Shown here: one piece after another, positions 1-9,419 of the stretch
Numbering within the stretch: position 1 is the first letter of the stretch
Layout: each line of letters starts with the position of its first letter
Origin: a virus
Taxonomy: Duplodnaviria > Caudoviricetes
Reading direction: 5' to 3' (one strand)
Length of the DNA: 64,000 nt
IMG/VR virus record: IMGVR_UViG_3300048881_000780
Notes under the pieces: model-generated
The model's database searches: none
What the model was told of the DNA's origin: nothing
Seen by the model: only the letters and a program-made list of their open reading frames with translations
Position numbers and translations under genes: made by a program

Positions 1-1002
1 TGCTCTAACTAACTCAGCTCTACATCCAGGGCCCAGTCCCATTTTAGCGATGAGAGCGGGATTATTTAAGATAACTCTACTAACTGTAACACCAGCTAAT
101 TCAGTAGGTTCTAGTAGCCCCACAGGCGTTATAACGCCAGTTTTACCAACTTGCCAAACAATGTCCTTAATTATCGTCTCAGAGGCCTGATCGGCGAATT
201 TAAAGGCCCTCGCGGCCCTTGGGCGATTAGATACAATACCTAATTTCTCAAAGTGGACTAAATCATCAGCGTCAAATACAATTCCATCAACCTCATAAGG
301 TAGAGAGTTTCTATCTTGGGTTGCTTTTAGCACAACCTCTTTGAGTTCACTTCTCTTTACTTTTCCGTAATTGGGCATTTCAAAACCAAGCTCTTTTAGA
401 TCATTAAATTTATCAAACTTAGAAGTATACTCTTTGTTTTCATCAATAATATCAAAAGCAATACATCTTAAGTGTTCACAATTTGTTCCATCAAGTTTAT
501 TAACCGCTCCAGTCGCAGCGTTTCTTGGGTTCTTTTTATCACTAAAGTGCTTCTGCCAATCTGAGATATGAAGGATATACTCACACCTTACGACCACTCT
601 ACCCTTTCTTTTGATAGTTTTTGGAACATTCATTTTTAGAACATTTGGCGTAATATTATTCCCAACCTCTCCATTCCCGCCTCTTGTGGCCCCTTGAATG
701 AGCTTTCCATCTTGATAAGTTAACTCACCCGAACTACCATCCAGCTTGTCACTCCATAGGATAAAGTCTGAACCATACTTAAGGGCCCATTCGTTTAGTT
801 CATCGACATTATTCTTTATTTTTAATAGAGAACCCATAAAGATACTTAATTTAACCTGAGGCCAGACGCTATTATCCTCAATTTCAGTATCAATATCTGA
901 AGCATTTAGGCCAAACATCTCATCATATTGAGAATCACTAATTATTGGATTACCTTCTCTATAGGCCTTATCTGCCTGCTCTTTTGTGATTTTCTTAGTC
1001 AT
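1..1002 (-). CDS. ligA: NAD-dependent DNA ligase, N-terminal part (runs off the window start; missed by the ORF track)
   Basis: Manual translation from ATG at 1002: MTKKITKEQADKAYREGNPIISDSQYD...MGSL...SDKLDGSSGELTYQDGKLIQGATRGGNGEVG...EPRNAATG...YEVDGIVF...PRAARAFKF...WQVGKTGVITPV. Contains the KxDG adenylation motif and other LigA motifs. Confidence 0.95.
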   Translation of the reverse strand, partial: MTKKITKEQADKAYREGNPIISDSQYDEMFGLNASDIDTEIEDNSVWPQVKLSIFMGSLLKIKNNVDELNEWALKYGSDFILWSDKLDGSSGELTYQDGKLIQGATRGGNGEVGNNITPNVLKMNVPKTIKRKGRVVVRCEYILHISDWQKHFSDKKNPRNAATGAVNKLDGTNCEHLRCIAFDIIDENKEYTSKFDKFNDLKELGFEMPNYGKVKRSELKEVVLKATQDRNSLPYEVDGIVFDADDLVHFEKLGIVSNRPRAARAFKFADQASETIIKDIVWQVGKTGVITPVGLLEPTELAGVTVSRVILNNPALIAKMGLGPGCRAELVRA

Positions 1003-1006
1003 TTTA

Positions 1007-1252
1007 TTAATCCTTTCTGAGAGTTTGAAGACTATCGAAAACTATTAAAGATTGTTTCTTCTTTAAATTTGGAATGGATGCTTTTAGATCATTGAATACT
1101 TTATCGATATCACATGACAAATGCGAATAAGAGTTAAGGTTATCCAAATTATTTTTCGTAACCTCACTTATAGTCTCAGTATCAATATTAAATGATTTAA
1201 CTCCAGTTACAAACGCTGTTCCAAATATTGAAAAAACTCTCATCTCACTCAT
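1007..1252 (-). CDS. hypothetical protein
   Basis: ORF with GAGGAG RBS, directly upstream of ligA. Confidence 0.6.
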   Translation of the reverse strand: MSEMRVFSIFGTAFVTGVKSFNIDTETISEVTKNNLDNLNSYSHLSCDIDKVFNDLKASIPNLKKKQSLIVFDSLQTLRKD

Positions 1253-1313
1253 CTTAACTCCTCTCTTTTGTATAGAATAAGTTTAACATTCCAACCTCCA
1301 GAAGTAAAGATAT

Positions 1314-1330
1314 TTAACAAATTGCGTTAA
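1314..1330. promoter_or_regulatory. 17-bp palindrome TTAAC-N7-GTTAA overlapping promoter
   Basis: TTAACAAATTGCGTTAA; internal TTGCGT is 17 bp from TAAAAT (1345-1350). Confidence 0.7.
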
Positions 1331-1377
1331 GAAATAAATTATGTTAAAATAGGTATATATCAAAAAGAGAGGACTGT

Positions 1378-1743
1378 ATGGGAAATTATTTTTTAGGTCT
1401 AATAGTAATTTGTGCATTTAGTGTAGCTCTAAATGTAAATTTGCTTACTTCCAAAGGTGAAACCTCGAATATTGAAAAAGTAATATATATAATTAGCTGT
1501 GATGATCAACTTAAAGAAGAAGTGTTTGAACACTTTGAAAGATCCTCACACGGCGAGATGTATGCTTCTAAAAGTGGTGTCGCAACGGATCTTTCAAAAT
1601 TTAAAGAGTGTCAGGTGGTAACAAGATCATATCTAACAGTTATTAAAGATGAGGGAACTGAATACGAGTCTGTTATGAATAAGATTAGCGAAAAGAAATC
1701 TATCTACTCTAACCCAGATTATACTATACCTATTTCTCTGTAA
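1378..1743 (+). CDS. hypothetical exported/membrane-anchored protein
   Basis: Hydrophobic N-terminus, GAGGA RBS. Confidence 0.65.
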   Translation: MGNYFLGLIVICAFSVALNVNLLTSKGETSNIEKVIYIISCDDQLKEEVFEHFERSSHGEMYASKSGVATDLSKFKECQVVTRSYLTVIKDEGTEYESVMNKISEKKSIYSNPDYTIPISL

Positions 1744-2001
1744 TCATCTAGCTATCTCTTTAAAAGAGATAGTGCTAAAAGAGAGTATTTTAAAACTCTA
1801 AATACAATAACAATCAAAGCGAAGTGATTATCATCACTTGTCTTCTTTTTTAATAATTCTTCTGCCACGTCTAAAATTGTAATAATAAATAATTCTTCCA
1901 TGACCATTAAATGGATAAAATTAATTAAAATATTGCTTTTTTCTAAATGAATACAAAGGAACCACTCTAGCTAGTGATAAAATTGTATAGAAGGAGAGTT
2001 T

Positions 2002-2610
2002 ATGAGTGAACTTTATGGGCTAACGACACTGGTCGGAATATTTTTAATTACTCTAGGGGCCATAAAGATCATGGAGCTTTTACTTTTTAGAAAGGTTGAA
2101 ATGAAAATAACTTTCAATGGAATCTCTTATCCAGTTAGAATTGATTATGAGTGCAAACCGCTTTCAAAAGCTTTCTTTAGTTGGAATAATGAAGAACACT
2201 TTATGAATCAAATAAAAAATAACTTAGAATTTGAAGATATGGATATACACAAACTGTCCTCTTTAATGAATAACCCATATCACAATTTCAAACTTAAAGA
2301 GCTTGAGAGGGTCGGAATTAGAACTGTTGGCAAATTTGGAGAACGTAATGTATCTGGAATATTATTTACAAGACTAAAAAATAAAGAAAAACCACAAGAA
2401 GTCATCCGCATAAGATTTAGATTTGAGGCCAGTATTGATCCTGACTATGTCGCAGTAAAGAAATTTGGTGAAGTCATGGGAAACAATACGAAGCTAGAAG
2501 GTGAGTTTTTTACAAAGGAAGACATCGAAAATACTTTATTAGAAATCATAGAAAAACAATTTCCAAAGTCTAATCCTAAAGTATCGGTATCAGAAATAGA
2601 GGCATCTTAA
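2002..2610 (+). CDS. membrane-anchored NPxxNF-family protein (paralog 1)
   Basis: N-terminal TM helix; LMNNPYHNFKLKEL matches the genes at 25982-28071. Confidence 0.75.
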   Translation: MSELYGLTTLVGIFLITLGAIKIMELLLFRKVEMKITFNGISYPVRIDYECKPLSKAFFSWNNEEHFMNQIKNNLEFEDMDIHKLSSLMNNPYHNFKLKELERVGIRTVGKFGERNVSGILFTRLKNKEKPQEVIRIRFRFEASIDPDYVAVKKFGEVMGNNTKLEGEFFTKEDIENTLLEIIEKQFPKSNPKVSVSEIEAS

Positions 2611-2684
2611 CGAAGGCGAGACAAGTATAAGTAAACGAGGAAACTCATAGAACCCCAACTAGAGCACCTTATCGAAAATAGAGC

Positions 2685-2701
2685 TTAACACTTCTTGTTA
2701 A
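2685..2701. promoter_or_regulatory. 17-bp palindrome TTAAC-N7-GTTAA
   Basis: TTAACACTTCTTGTTAA upstream of extended -10 TGATATAAT (2728-2736). Confidence 0.7.
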
Positions 2702-2740
2702 AAATTATATACAAATAATAGAAATAGTGATATAATGGAG

Positions 2741-2886
2741 TTGAGTCTTTATTGTATTTTGGCAATAGAGTCTAACTTAGGTGAAGACCTAGCTCTGCGA
2801 ATATCACTAGTTGATAGGCAAAACAATTTGAGAATTCATTAATTTTAAAACTAATAATTCTATACTTTGACAACTCGCAGACTCAA
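2741..2886 (+). ncRNA. candidate structured leader RNA, copy 1
   Basis: Closing stem TTGAGTC/GACTCAA, hairpins at 2747-2770, 2778-2791 and 2831-2861, stem CTGCGA/TCGCAG; motif 2866-2885 shared with 22313-22332. Confidence 0.6.
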
Positions 2887-2913
2887 TTAATTTGTATAGT
2901 ATTGGAGTTAGTT

Positions 2914-3645
2914 TTGAAAAATCTAAAAATCACCAACAAGAATGAACTTATTAAATTAAAAGAAGATTTCTCGAAAGAGTATAAGAAGTTCTTTAATCAA
3001 GATCTCAAGAATTCAAAAGTGGAACAATTTCTAGCACAACTATATGGGGCAAAGAACTTTAATACCCTCATGGGATCTTTTGAAAATAGCGAAAATATCG
3101 AATTCAAATCTTTTGAAGAATTCCAATTATTTATTGAAGATCAGGAAAACCCATATTCTAAGAGAAAACTAGCGCTCGTTGAGTATTTTCCCTCTCCTTA
3201 TATTGAAATAGAAGTTACTGAAAATTATGATAAAAGCGGAAATTTTAATACTAATAGAATTCATTATATAGATGGTGACGCAATTGCCGATTGTGAAGAA
3301 ATTTCTAAATTAAAGGCCTTTTTAAAGAATTTGAAGCTCTCTGGAAAAGAATCTGAGTTATCTATTATCTATGCTCGCTTAATGGATTTAGATACTGATT
3401 ATACGGCCCAGGCGATATTTCAAGGTTACGCTGGTGCAGACTATCTTGAATGGGAAGAGTGTATGAATAGTATAATTAATACCTTTAATTTCTATAGAGA
3501 GATATTCAGTGGAGACCTCTTCGGTGCTCTAATGTTCTCTATGGATTTTCTATTATTTTGTAATGATGGTATGATCAGCGATAGCGTTGTTACCCTACTC
3601 GATAATACTTTCACTCATGTCGATATAAATAGATCATTTTCATAA
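2914..3645 (+). CDS. protein with Glyoxalase_8-like helical N-terminal domain (paralog of 22363-23082)
   Basis: TTG start after GGAG; LKNSKVEQFLAQLYGAKNFNTL aligns with IRNSKVEAFMADFYGFKDYNSL. Confidence 0.7.
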   Translation: MKNLKITNKNELIKLKEDFSKEYKKFFNQDLKNSKVEQFLAQLYGAKNFNTLMGSFENSENIEFKSFEEFQLFIEDQENPYSKRKLALVEYFPSPYIEIEVTENYDKSGNFNTNRIHYIDGDAIADCEEISKLKAFLKNLKLSGKESELSIIYARLMDLDTDYTAQAIFQGYAGADYLEWEECMNSIINTFNFYREIFSGDLFGALMFSMDFLLFCNDGMISDSVVTLLDNTFTHVDINRSFS

Positions 3646-3651
3646 TTTGTG

Positions 3652-3696
3652 CTCTAAGTGGTGGTAAAATATAACTATAATTATCACCACTTGGAG
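3652..3696 (+). other. 16-bp hairpin covering the RBS of the next gene
   Basis: CTCTAAGTGGTGGTAA pairs with TTATCACCACTTGGAG (two G-U pairs). Confidence 0.55.
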
Positions 3697-3702
3697 ATTT
3701 AA

Positions 3703-4101
3703 ATGAGTGAGATGTTAAATGACACGAGACTTCAATTATTGATGACAGGATACAATGACACTGTATTACTGGTGGTCCTTACTCTGGTACTCATCGGGTT
3801 GGGTTTATCCTTCATTCAAAAAAATCAAATTTCATTTCTTGTTCTATTAATTGCGACACCTATGGTGATTTTTATAAGTATCAAAACTGATCCAGTTTGT
3901 TTATCTAAAGCTCCTTTCATGAAAACTCAAGCGATTGACTTTTCAAAATATCTCCATAAATTCCCAGTGTATGACTTAAAAAGTAAGAAGTTTGTCAAAG
4001 TTGACTATTCTGACTATAAGATAGTCAAGTGTTCCCTGGAAGATTTGGATACAATTAAGTCGAAAACATCATTAATAAAAAAGATCAAAGGTCATTATTA
4101 A
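3703..4101 (+). CDS. 2-TM membrane protein, IDFSKY family (paralog of 19434-19910)
   Basis: PVCLSK..IDFSKY..FPVYDLKSKKF..IVKCS shared with 19434-19910. Confidence 0.7.
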   Translation: MSEMLNDTRLQLLMTGYNDTVLLVVLTLVLIGLGLSFIQKNQISFLVLLIATPMVIFISIKTDPVCLSKAPFMKTQAIDFSKYLHKFPVYDLKSKKFVKVDYSDYKIVKCSLEDLDTIKSKTSLIKKIKGHY

Positions 4102-4114
4102 CAAATTGCGTTAA
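4098..4114. promoter_or_regulatory. 17-bp palindrome TTAAC-N7-GTTAA
   Basis: TTAACAAATTGCGTTAA, identical to 1314-1330. Confidence 0.7.
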
Positions 4115-4140
4115 AACATAAAACACGATAAACTAGATAC

Positions 4141-4332
4141 ATGAAAAATAGTCAAACCTATTCTATTCATGAGATCTTATTTGGTGAACAAATTCATCAA
4201 ATGATCTTATCTAACTTGGCCTACTACTTAATGGGGTATTTCTTTCTAATAAGAGAAGCTAGTCTAAGTTTTTGGCTATGGGGCTTTATTTGCATACTTC
4301 TTTCAAGAATTAAGGTGACTAGAGTTAAGTAG
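4141..4332 (+). CDS. small hydrophobic hypothetical protein
   Basis: Short ORF downstream of a palindrome promoter. Confidence 0.4.
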   Translation: MKNSQTYSIHEILFGEQIHQMILSNLAYYLMGYFFLIREASLSFWLWGFICILLSRIKVTRVK

Positions 4333-4437
4333 AAGTAACGGGGGATTTATGTTGTCAAATTTTAATGATTTATTTTATAGCTCATACTCTGGCATTTCTC
4401 TACCTTCCCTATATTTTCTTTAAATAAGAGAGACTAT

Positions 4438-4737
4438 ATGATCACTCTAGATGATGACTGCATTTTTATTGACGTTGACGATACTCTCATTCAAAAGATG
4501 ACACCTAATTTCAATCTTATTGGAAAGATTAAGCAGTGGAAAGATGCTGGACGTACCATTATTGTATGGACCAGTAATGCTGATGGAGTAAATCACGCTC
4601 TAAAGGCTATTAATCTTTGTCAAATAGAATATCTGGTTGATGTAGTTATGCCTAAACCTCGAACGATAGTTGATGACGATCACTTAGAGTATTACCAGGT
4701 AATCGATCCCGATACATTAACATGGAGAGACAAGTAG
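4438..4737 (+). CDS. minimal HAD-superfamily phosphatase-like protein
   Basis: IFIDVDDTL motif I, VWTS motif II, PKP..IVDDD motifs III/IV. Confidence 0.75.
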   Translation: MITLDDDCIFIDVDDTLIQKMTPNFNLIGKIKQWKDAGRTIIVWTSNADGVNHALKAINLCQIEYLVDVVMPKPRTIVDDDHLEYYQVIDPDTLTWRDK

Positions 4738-5363
4738 TGAAGCTTATAAAATTAAAAGAAAACCTTTTCCAAGTAGATTTTGATACTCAAAGAGAATTAA
4801 CCAGAACAATGCTTCGTTTTCAAGAATTTTATGAGTCTCCAAAATTTAGAGGGAGAGCTTTTTCTTTAAGAGAATTTAAAGAATGGTATCGAAAAGAAAA
4901 TGGCGTTTTTAATTATTACTCTTACTGGGAAGGGTTTAATTTTCCTGATTACATTGTAAATGATTTCAGATTTGGAAAGTTTAAATATTTAACAAAAAGA
5001 GAGATGGACCTACTTAAAATATTACCAATCGGCTTTAAATACTATGTCATTGGAACTTTTAATGGTGGGGATAACGATGTTATTGAGCATGAACTATGTC
5101 ATGCCGAGTTTTATATAAATAGTAACTACGCTAAAGAGGTAACTGATCTCATACTGTCATACAAAAAAGAGACACTTCCTCTAAGAGAATTCCTATCTAA
5201 AGAAGGTTATCACGATGGGGTACATATCGACGAGATCAATGCATATCTCGTAATAGATAAAGAGTTTCTACTTGAAAAAGGGGTCTCTTTCCCTGGAAAT
5301 CTTCAAGTAGAACTATCTAACCTAGCAAAAAAGTATAAGGTTCTGAAGATTTTAGATCAGTAA
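4737..5363 (+). CDS. HExxH zincin-like hypothetical protein
   Basis: VIEHELCHA and downstream IDEINAY; probable GTG start at 4737. Confidence 0.6.
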   Translation: MKLIKLKENLFQVDFDTQRELTRTMLRFQEFYESPKFRGRAFSLREFKEWYRKENGVFNYYSYWEGFNFPDYIVNDFRFGKFKYLTKREMDLLKILPIGFKYYVIGTFNGGDNDVIEHELCHAEFYINSNYAKEVTDLILSYKKETLPLREFLSKEGYHDGVHIDEINAYLVIDKEFLLEKGVSFPGNLQVELSNLAKKYKVLKILDQ

Positions 5364-5375
5364 AAAGGAGATCAA

Positions 5376-5636
5376 ATGAAATATATTATCTTGTTATTAA
5401 TTTCCTCACCTGTTTTTGCCATTAATATTCCAGTTAGTCGGGTTTGTTACAAAGTTAAATTAGTTGATTCTTCTGATGGTGGGACTTTTAGAGGTACCAC
5501 TTTTTATAGTGGTGAAATCTGTAAAGAGACTTTTATGAAAGAGGCAATATGCTTTAGGAGTGGGTATAGATATGCCTTCTCCATTGATTGTAAAGTATTT
5601 GATCAGTACAAGGAAGAGGTTTCAAGTGAGTACTAA
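5376..5636 (+). CDS. small secreted protein
   Basis: Signal peptide MKYIILLLISSPVFA; AAGGAG RBS. Confidence 0.65.
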   Translation: MKYIILLLISSPVFAINIPVSRVCYKVKLVDSSDGGTFRGTTFYSGEICKETFMKEAICFRSGYRYAFSIDCKVFDQYKEEVSSEY

Positions 5637-5841
5637 AGTTACCATTGAATTTGATGATGAAGAAATGGCCAGCGCCTTTGTCGCGAACTTACTCGATGGC
5701 GGAGGGGGTCAACTTCTATGTGATTTTAACGAAAAAACAAATGAGCTTGAGTACTTTGATTTTGATAGTGATAATTCAATAAAAGATAATAACGGACGCT
5801 ATAAGACTTTAAGATATAGAAGAGCAAGTGAGGATAAGTAA
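5626..5841 (+). CDS. hypothetical protein
   Basis: GTG start after GAGG, overlaps neighbours. Confidence 0.55.
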   Translation: MSTKVTIEFDDEEMASAFVANLLDGGGGQLLCDFNEKTNELEYFDFDSDNSIKDNNGRYKTLRYRRASEDK

Positions 5842-6785
5842 TGGATACTCAAACTGAAAAAACGGAACTTAGTTTTAGTTTATCTGGAGAAAATTTCACT
5901 AGATATATTCGCGATCTTACTTTAGAACCCAACCTAACTAAAGCATGGAAAGTTTTTCAGCAAACTTTCTTGGATCTAGATTTAAGCACTCTAAAAGAAG
6001 CATTTACTCTAATAATTGATGGCAGCATGGAATTCACTGGTGTTAATAATCTGGAGTTGATTGAATCCGACAATTGCTCTCTAATTGAGCAATTTAAAGA
6101 AAATCTCTTAATTTCTAAGGAAATTGGACATAATGATAGTTCATTCTTTACTAGAGAGCTTAAAACTCTTTTATTTATTGGTCATCTTCCTAAAGAAGAA
6201 AGGGATGAATTCTTTCTAGATATAGTAGCTGGAGAATTTTCAGATCAAGAATTTGCATGGATTACAGGTAATGGTAAATTCATTCCTGTTTCTTATCAGG
6301 GACATATAGCAATGCTTGATAGAATTCGAAAAGAAGACCTAGTAGATGAAAAGTACCCTATCGGAGAAAACCATTGGATTAAAATTACAACTGGAAATAC
6401 CATTTTTTGCTTGGGCCAAAAGATTACCGATCAACAGAAAAATACTCTATGTAATTTTTTAAAGTTTAAAAAGAAAGACTTCTTTAGGTTTAACTCTGAG
6501 ATTGAGATTATTGGATTTGGTTACGCTAAATTAGCTAATAATGAGGTTGAGCTGATTGACTTATGGGGAGATGATCAAGACCTTGATAGAGAGAAATATC
6601 TCGAGCGCCCAAAGGGAGCAGTTAAAAGAGTTGATCTCGAACGTGCTCTGGTTCTTTATGGATACCAAGTTCCCCTATTTACTTATATAGATGGAGAATA
6701 CAGACGACTTAAGTCCTGCGATTTTCACTATCGTGGAAGCAGGGAGATTTACTGCCAAGTTAGTGATTTATATGGCCACTTTTAG
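5841..6785 (+). CDS. hypothetical protein
   Basis: 314-aa ORF, TAATG coupling. Confidence 0.75.
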   Translation: MDTQTEKTELSFSLSGENFTRYIRDLTLEPNLTKAWKVFQQTFLDLDLSTLKEAFTLIIDGSMEFTGVNNLELIESDNCSLIEQFKENLLISKEIGHNDSSFFTRELKTLLFIGHLPKEERDEFFLDIVAGEFSDQEFAWITGNGKFIPVSYQGHIAMLDRIRKEDLVDEKYPIGENHWIKITTGNTIFCLGQKITDQQKNTLCNFLKFKKKDFFRFNSEIEIIGFGYAKLANNEVELIDLWGDDQDLDREKYLERPKGAVKRVDLERALVLYGYQVPLFTYIDGEYRRLKSCDFHYRGSREIYCQVSDLYGHF

Positions 6786-6847
6786 TAACTGCTTGTAATT
6801 TATTCACAGGTTGATAAAAAATCTTTAGGTCGTGGTATTTAGTTTCC

Positions 6848-7750
6848 ATGATTTGTTATAGAGATTTTTTACAAAGTCTTCACTCTAACTCCTGTCAGAT
6901 TGTAAGATATCATAGTGACTTAGAAAGTCCTAAGTATATGCCCGCTAAAGAGCATGAAGTCGAGAAGGTTACTGGGGCCTTAGTGGGAATGCTTGGGCCA
7001 TCGAATATCTTTATTGTAGATAAATTTTCCAACGAATTTAAACACTCAGAATTAGACATTGATCTATCTTCAATCGAATTAGATCTGCCATTTCACAATA
7101 TATTTATCGAATCAAGACCTGAGAATCAATTATTTTGGTCAGAAGAGTATATTATCTCCGGTCTCAATCTCTTATATAGTTCTACGACCGATGAATACTA
7201 TTACATGATTGTTTCGCCAGGTAAGGTTATTGAAGATATTGATATTCCGCTTGGTAGATCTAGTACAGACTATATTGACTATATCCCCAGGTGCTTTGTT
7301 GGGACATTTAAAATAAGTGAAATTGCAAAAGAGCTAAAGAGGACAACTGATTACGGGAATCACCCTGCATTTGCTTCATACGTACTAGCAAAGAAGTTCT
7401 GTGAATCTCTTGATCATAGCTCTTTTGCTAAAGAAGTGGTCTCAAAAGGGGTTAAAGTTCCAAAGAAGAATAATCCTAAGAAGAGTAAAACTCAATATGT
7501 AGAAAAAGAGGTTATTTACATAAGTAGTGATCAGAATCAGAAGTACTTTAAGTCTCCCCTTTCTGGAAGAACTGTTGAGTGGAAAGTTAAGTTTAAAAGA
7601 AGGGGTACCTGGAGAAAGATCTCTCCAAACAGCCTTGGAAAGAATCATAAGGGAGAGAGAGTTGTTTGGGGAAAAACTTGGGTAAAGGATTCAATTGTTA
7701 ATGAAGATACCCTTTTACCAGATAAATCACAATTAAGAGTTTTTAGATAA
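6848..7750 (+). CDS. phage/plasmid-type protein with C-terminal RRGxWR...WV motif
   Basis: KFKRRGTWRKI...GKTWVKDSIV basic tail typical of mobile-element proteins. Confidence 0.65.
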   Translation: MICYRDFLQSLHSNSCQIVRYHSDLESPKYMPAKEHEVEKVTGALVGMLGPSNIFIVDKFSNEFKHSELDIDLSSIELDLPFHNIFIESRPENQLFWSEEYIISGLNLLYSSTTDEYYYMIVSPGKVIEDIDIPLGRSSTDYIDYIPRCFVGTFKISEIAKELKRTTDYGNHPAFASYVLAKKFCESLDHSSFAKEVVSKGVKVPKKNNPKKSKTQYVEKEVIYISSDQNQKYFKSPLSGRTVEWKVKFKRRGTWRKISPNSLGKNHKGERVVWGKTWVKDSIVNEDTLLPDKSQLRVFR

Positions 7751-7867
7751 CCTTAATGGGTATTTAGCACAGTGATAATATTTCCCTGAATGATTAAGTG
7801 GTATTATATGAATTCAGAAACTTAATTAACTAACTACCGTAATCTTCTATTTTTAATAACCAACAAA

Positions 7868-8329
7868 TTAACCTACATCCATAAAGTTATAAAGTTTAAT
7901 TAAACATTCTTTAACTTCCTCGTCTTCGCAAGTGGTGATTTCATCTAGAAAGAATTCATTTAACTCTCTATACTTAGAAGTATTGGAAACAAAGTATTGA
8001 TATAGGGCCCTATAGGAGGCTACCTTGATAAACTTCGACTCAATGGAAGCGAAATCCTTAATTCTCTCAAAGAGATTTTCATCCTTTCGTTCTCCTAGTA
8101 TCCTTATGACTTCGGCCCTGCCTATTTCAGGTATGCTATCATCTAAGATTAGATCAATTACTAAATGATATTTTTCCTTATCTAATGCTTTTAGAATGTT
8201 TTTTTTACTTGTTGGTCCAAATGTGTCGTTAAATCTCTGTTCAGATGATTTAACTTTAGAAATCATATTTTTGACAACAGTTTCTTGGTATTTCTTTTTC
8301 TTTACATTTTTTTTGTTTTTAGAGTTCAC
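7868..8329 (-). CDS. HEAT-repeat-like protein
   Basis: GRAEVIRILGE...IKVASYRAL helical repeats. Confidence 0.55.
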   Translation of the reverse strand: MNSKNKKNVKKKKYQETVVKNMISKVKSSEQRFNDTFGPTSKKNILKALDKEKYHLVIDLILDDSIPEIGRAEVIRILGERKDENLFERIKDFASIESKFIKVASYRALYQYFVSNTSKYRELNEFFLDEITTCEDEEVKECLIKLYNFMDVG

Positions 8330-8341
8330 TTAGTCATCCTG

Positions 8342-8527
8342 TTAATTGAGTGTTCGTTTAAATCTTCTCGTGCTTTTCCTTACATTCCTTGTCTTGGTAA
8401 CTTTAACTTCCACTACTCCACACTCTTTTGAACAAGATATATTTTCCAATAAACTCTCTTCACTAGGAAAAATCTTGTTGCCATTTCTTGATATACCTAA
8501 TTCGTTATCGAAATCAGTCATATCCAT
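8342..8527 (-). CDS. hypothetical protein
   Basis: Short ORF in a minus-strand block. Confidence 0.5.
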   Translation of the reverse strand: MDMTDFDNELGISRNGNKIFPSEESLLENISCSKECGVVEVKVTKTRNVRKSTRRFKRTLN

Positions 8528-8605
8528 AAACCCAGTTTTAGAGTCTAATTCTTCGACTCTCTTTAACTTTCACTTCTTTACAATATTCTTCAAAGCTTAT
8601 TATTT

Positions 8606-8842
8606 TCATTTAAGTAAATCCTTTAATAGAAATAGAAGACCTACTAATATAAATCCAAAAGTCATAACTGTTTCTGGACTAGTGATACAATCTATCAATT
8701 TATCTCTAGAAGACTTCTCTCTGGTTGGAGTTTTATCGACCCTATCTAATATCTCTATAGCTAATTTCTCACTCTTGAGTCTAGAGAAACCTTCCACTAG
8801 TAAGATATTTTCTATTTCGTTTAATTTTTCTTCTTTAGTCAT
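8606..8842 (-). CDS. small membrane protein
   Basis: C-terminal TM helix; overlaps the upstream gene stop. Confidence 0.55.
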   Translation of the reverse strand: MTKEEKLNEIENILLVEGFSRLKSEKLAIEILDRVDKTPTREKSSRDKLIDCITSPETVMTFGFILVGLLFLLKDLLK

Positions 8843-9299
8843 TTAATTCTCTCAGGTTCTTGCAATACTTTTCAATTCTTCTACTTTCTCCACTTCTTAA
8901 GGAATGGATTAAGTTAGATGTACTGTCGGCAATTTTAACTCTCTTTGCGATATAATTAGTTTTTAGTTCTTTAATATATTTAGATCGGCTCTGATTTTTC
9001 TTCTTTGTTAGAAGATCAATTGATTTAATTAAATTATTCGGCACACCTAGTGAGCTTAATTTCTCGAGTGTAACATCTGTATCCTCTACTAGATCATGGC
9101 ACTCTATAACAATTTTTTCTTCAATAGTAATACTTTTAAAGATCTCACAAAATGTATTTTTAACATGATTAAGGTGATAACCGTATGGAAAGGATAAATA
9201 CATTTGATTTCTATGCTCTTCTCTAGCTAGCACAGTAACTTTAGTTAAAACTTCATTTAAATTATCAATTTTATCTTGAATGTCTTTTAAGCTACTCAC
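8835..9299 (-). CDS. HD-domain small alarmone ((p)ppGpp) hydrolase-like protein
   Basis: H.NQ....PYGYHL, HDLVEDT, VKIADSTSNL: RelA/SpoT/Mesh1 hydrolase motifs. Confidence 0.8.
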   Translation of the reverse strand: MSSLKDIQDKIDNLNEVLTKVTVLAREEHRNQMYLSFPYGYHLNHVKNTFCEIFKSITIEEKIVIECHDLVEDTDVTLEKLSSLGVPNNLIKSIDLLTKKKNQSRSKYIKELKTNYIAKRVKIADSTSNLIHSLRSGESRRIEKYCKNLRELND

Positions 9300-9347
9300 A
9301 ATATCTCCAATTGTCTGGCATTTTACAATTATACATTAGTTCAGAAA

Positions 9348-9364
9348 TTAACACAATACGTTAA
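9348..9364. promoter_or_regulatory. 17-bp palindrome between divergent genes
   Basis: TTAACACAATACGTTAA. Confidence 0.7.
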
Positions 9365-9419
9365 AAAACCATTTACATCCCTCAGTATTTCATGTATTAT
9401 TTAATTGAGGGGAGAATCT

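Noticed and set aside
371-571. Track ORF on + strand, and similar shadow ORFs (e.g. 7442, 8346, 21866, 35663-36309, 38610, 39051, 49419, 50276)
   Set aside because: Antisense to well-supported genes, with S/L/F-rich composition typical of shadow frames
1314-1330. Identification of the 17-bp motif as a CtrA box
   Set aside because: CtrA sites are direct TTAA-N7-TTAA repeats, whereas this motif is an inverted repeat
2741-2886. tRNA or retron msr-msd interpretation of the leader structures
   Set aside because: No T-loop/D-loop consensus, and no reverse transcriptase in the window
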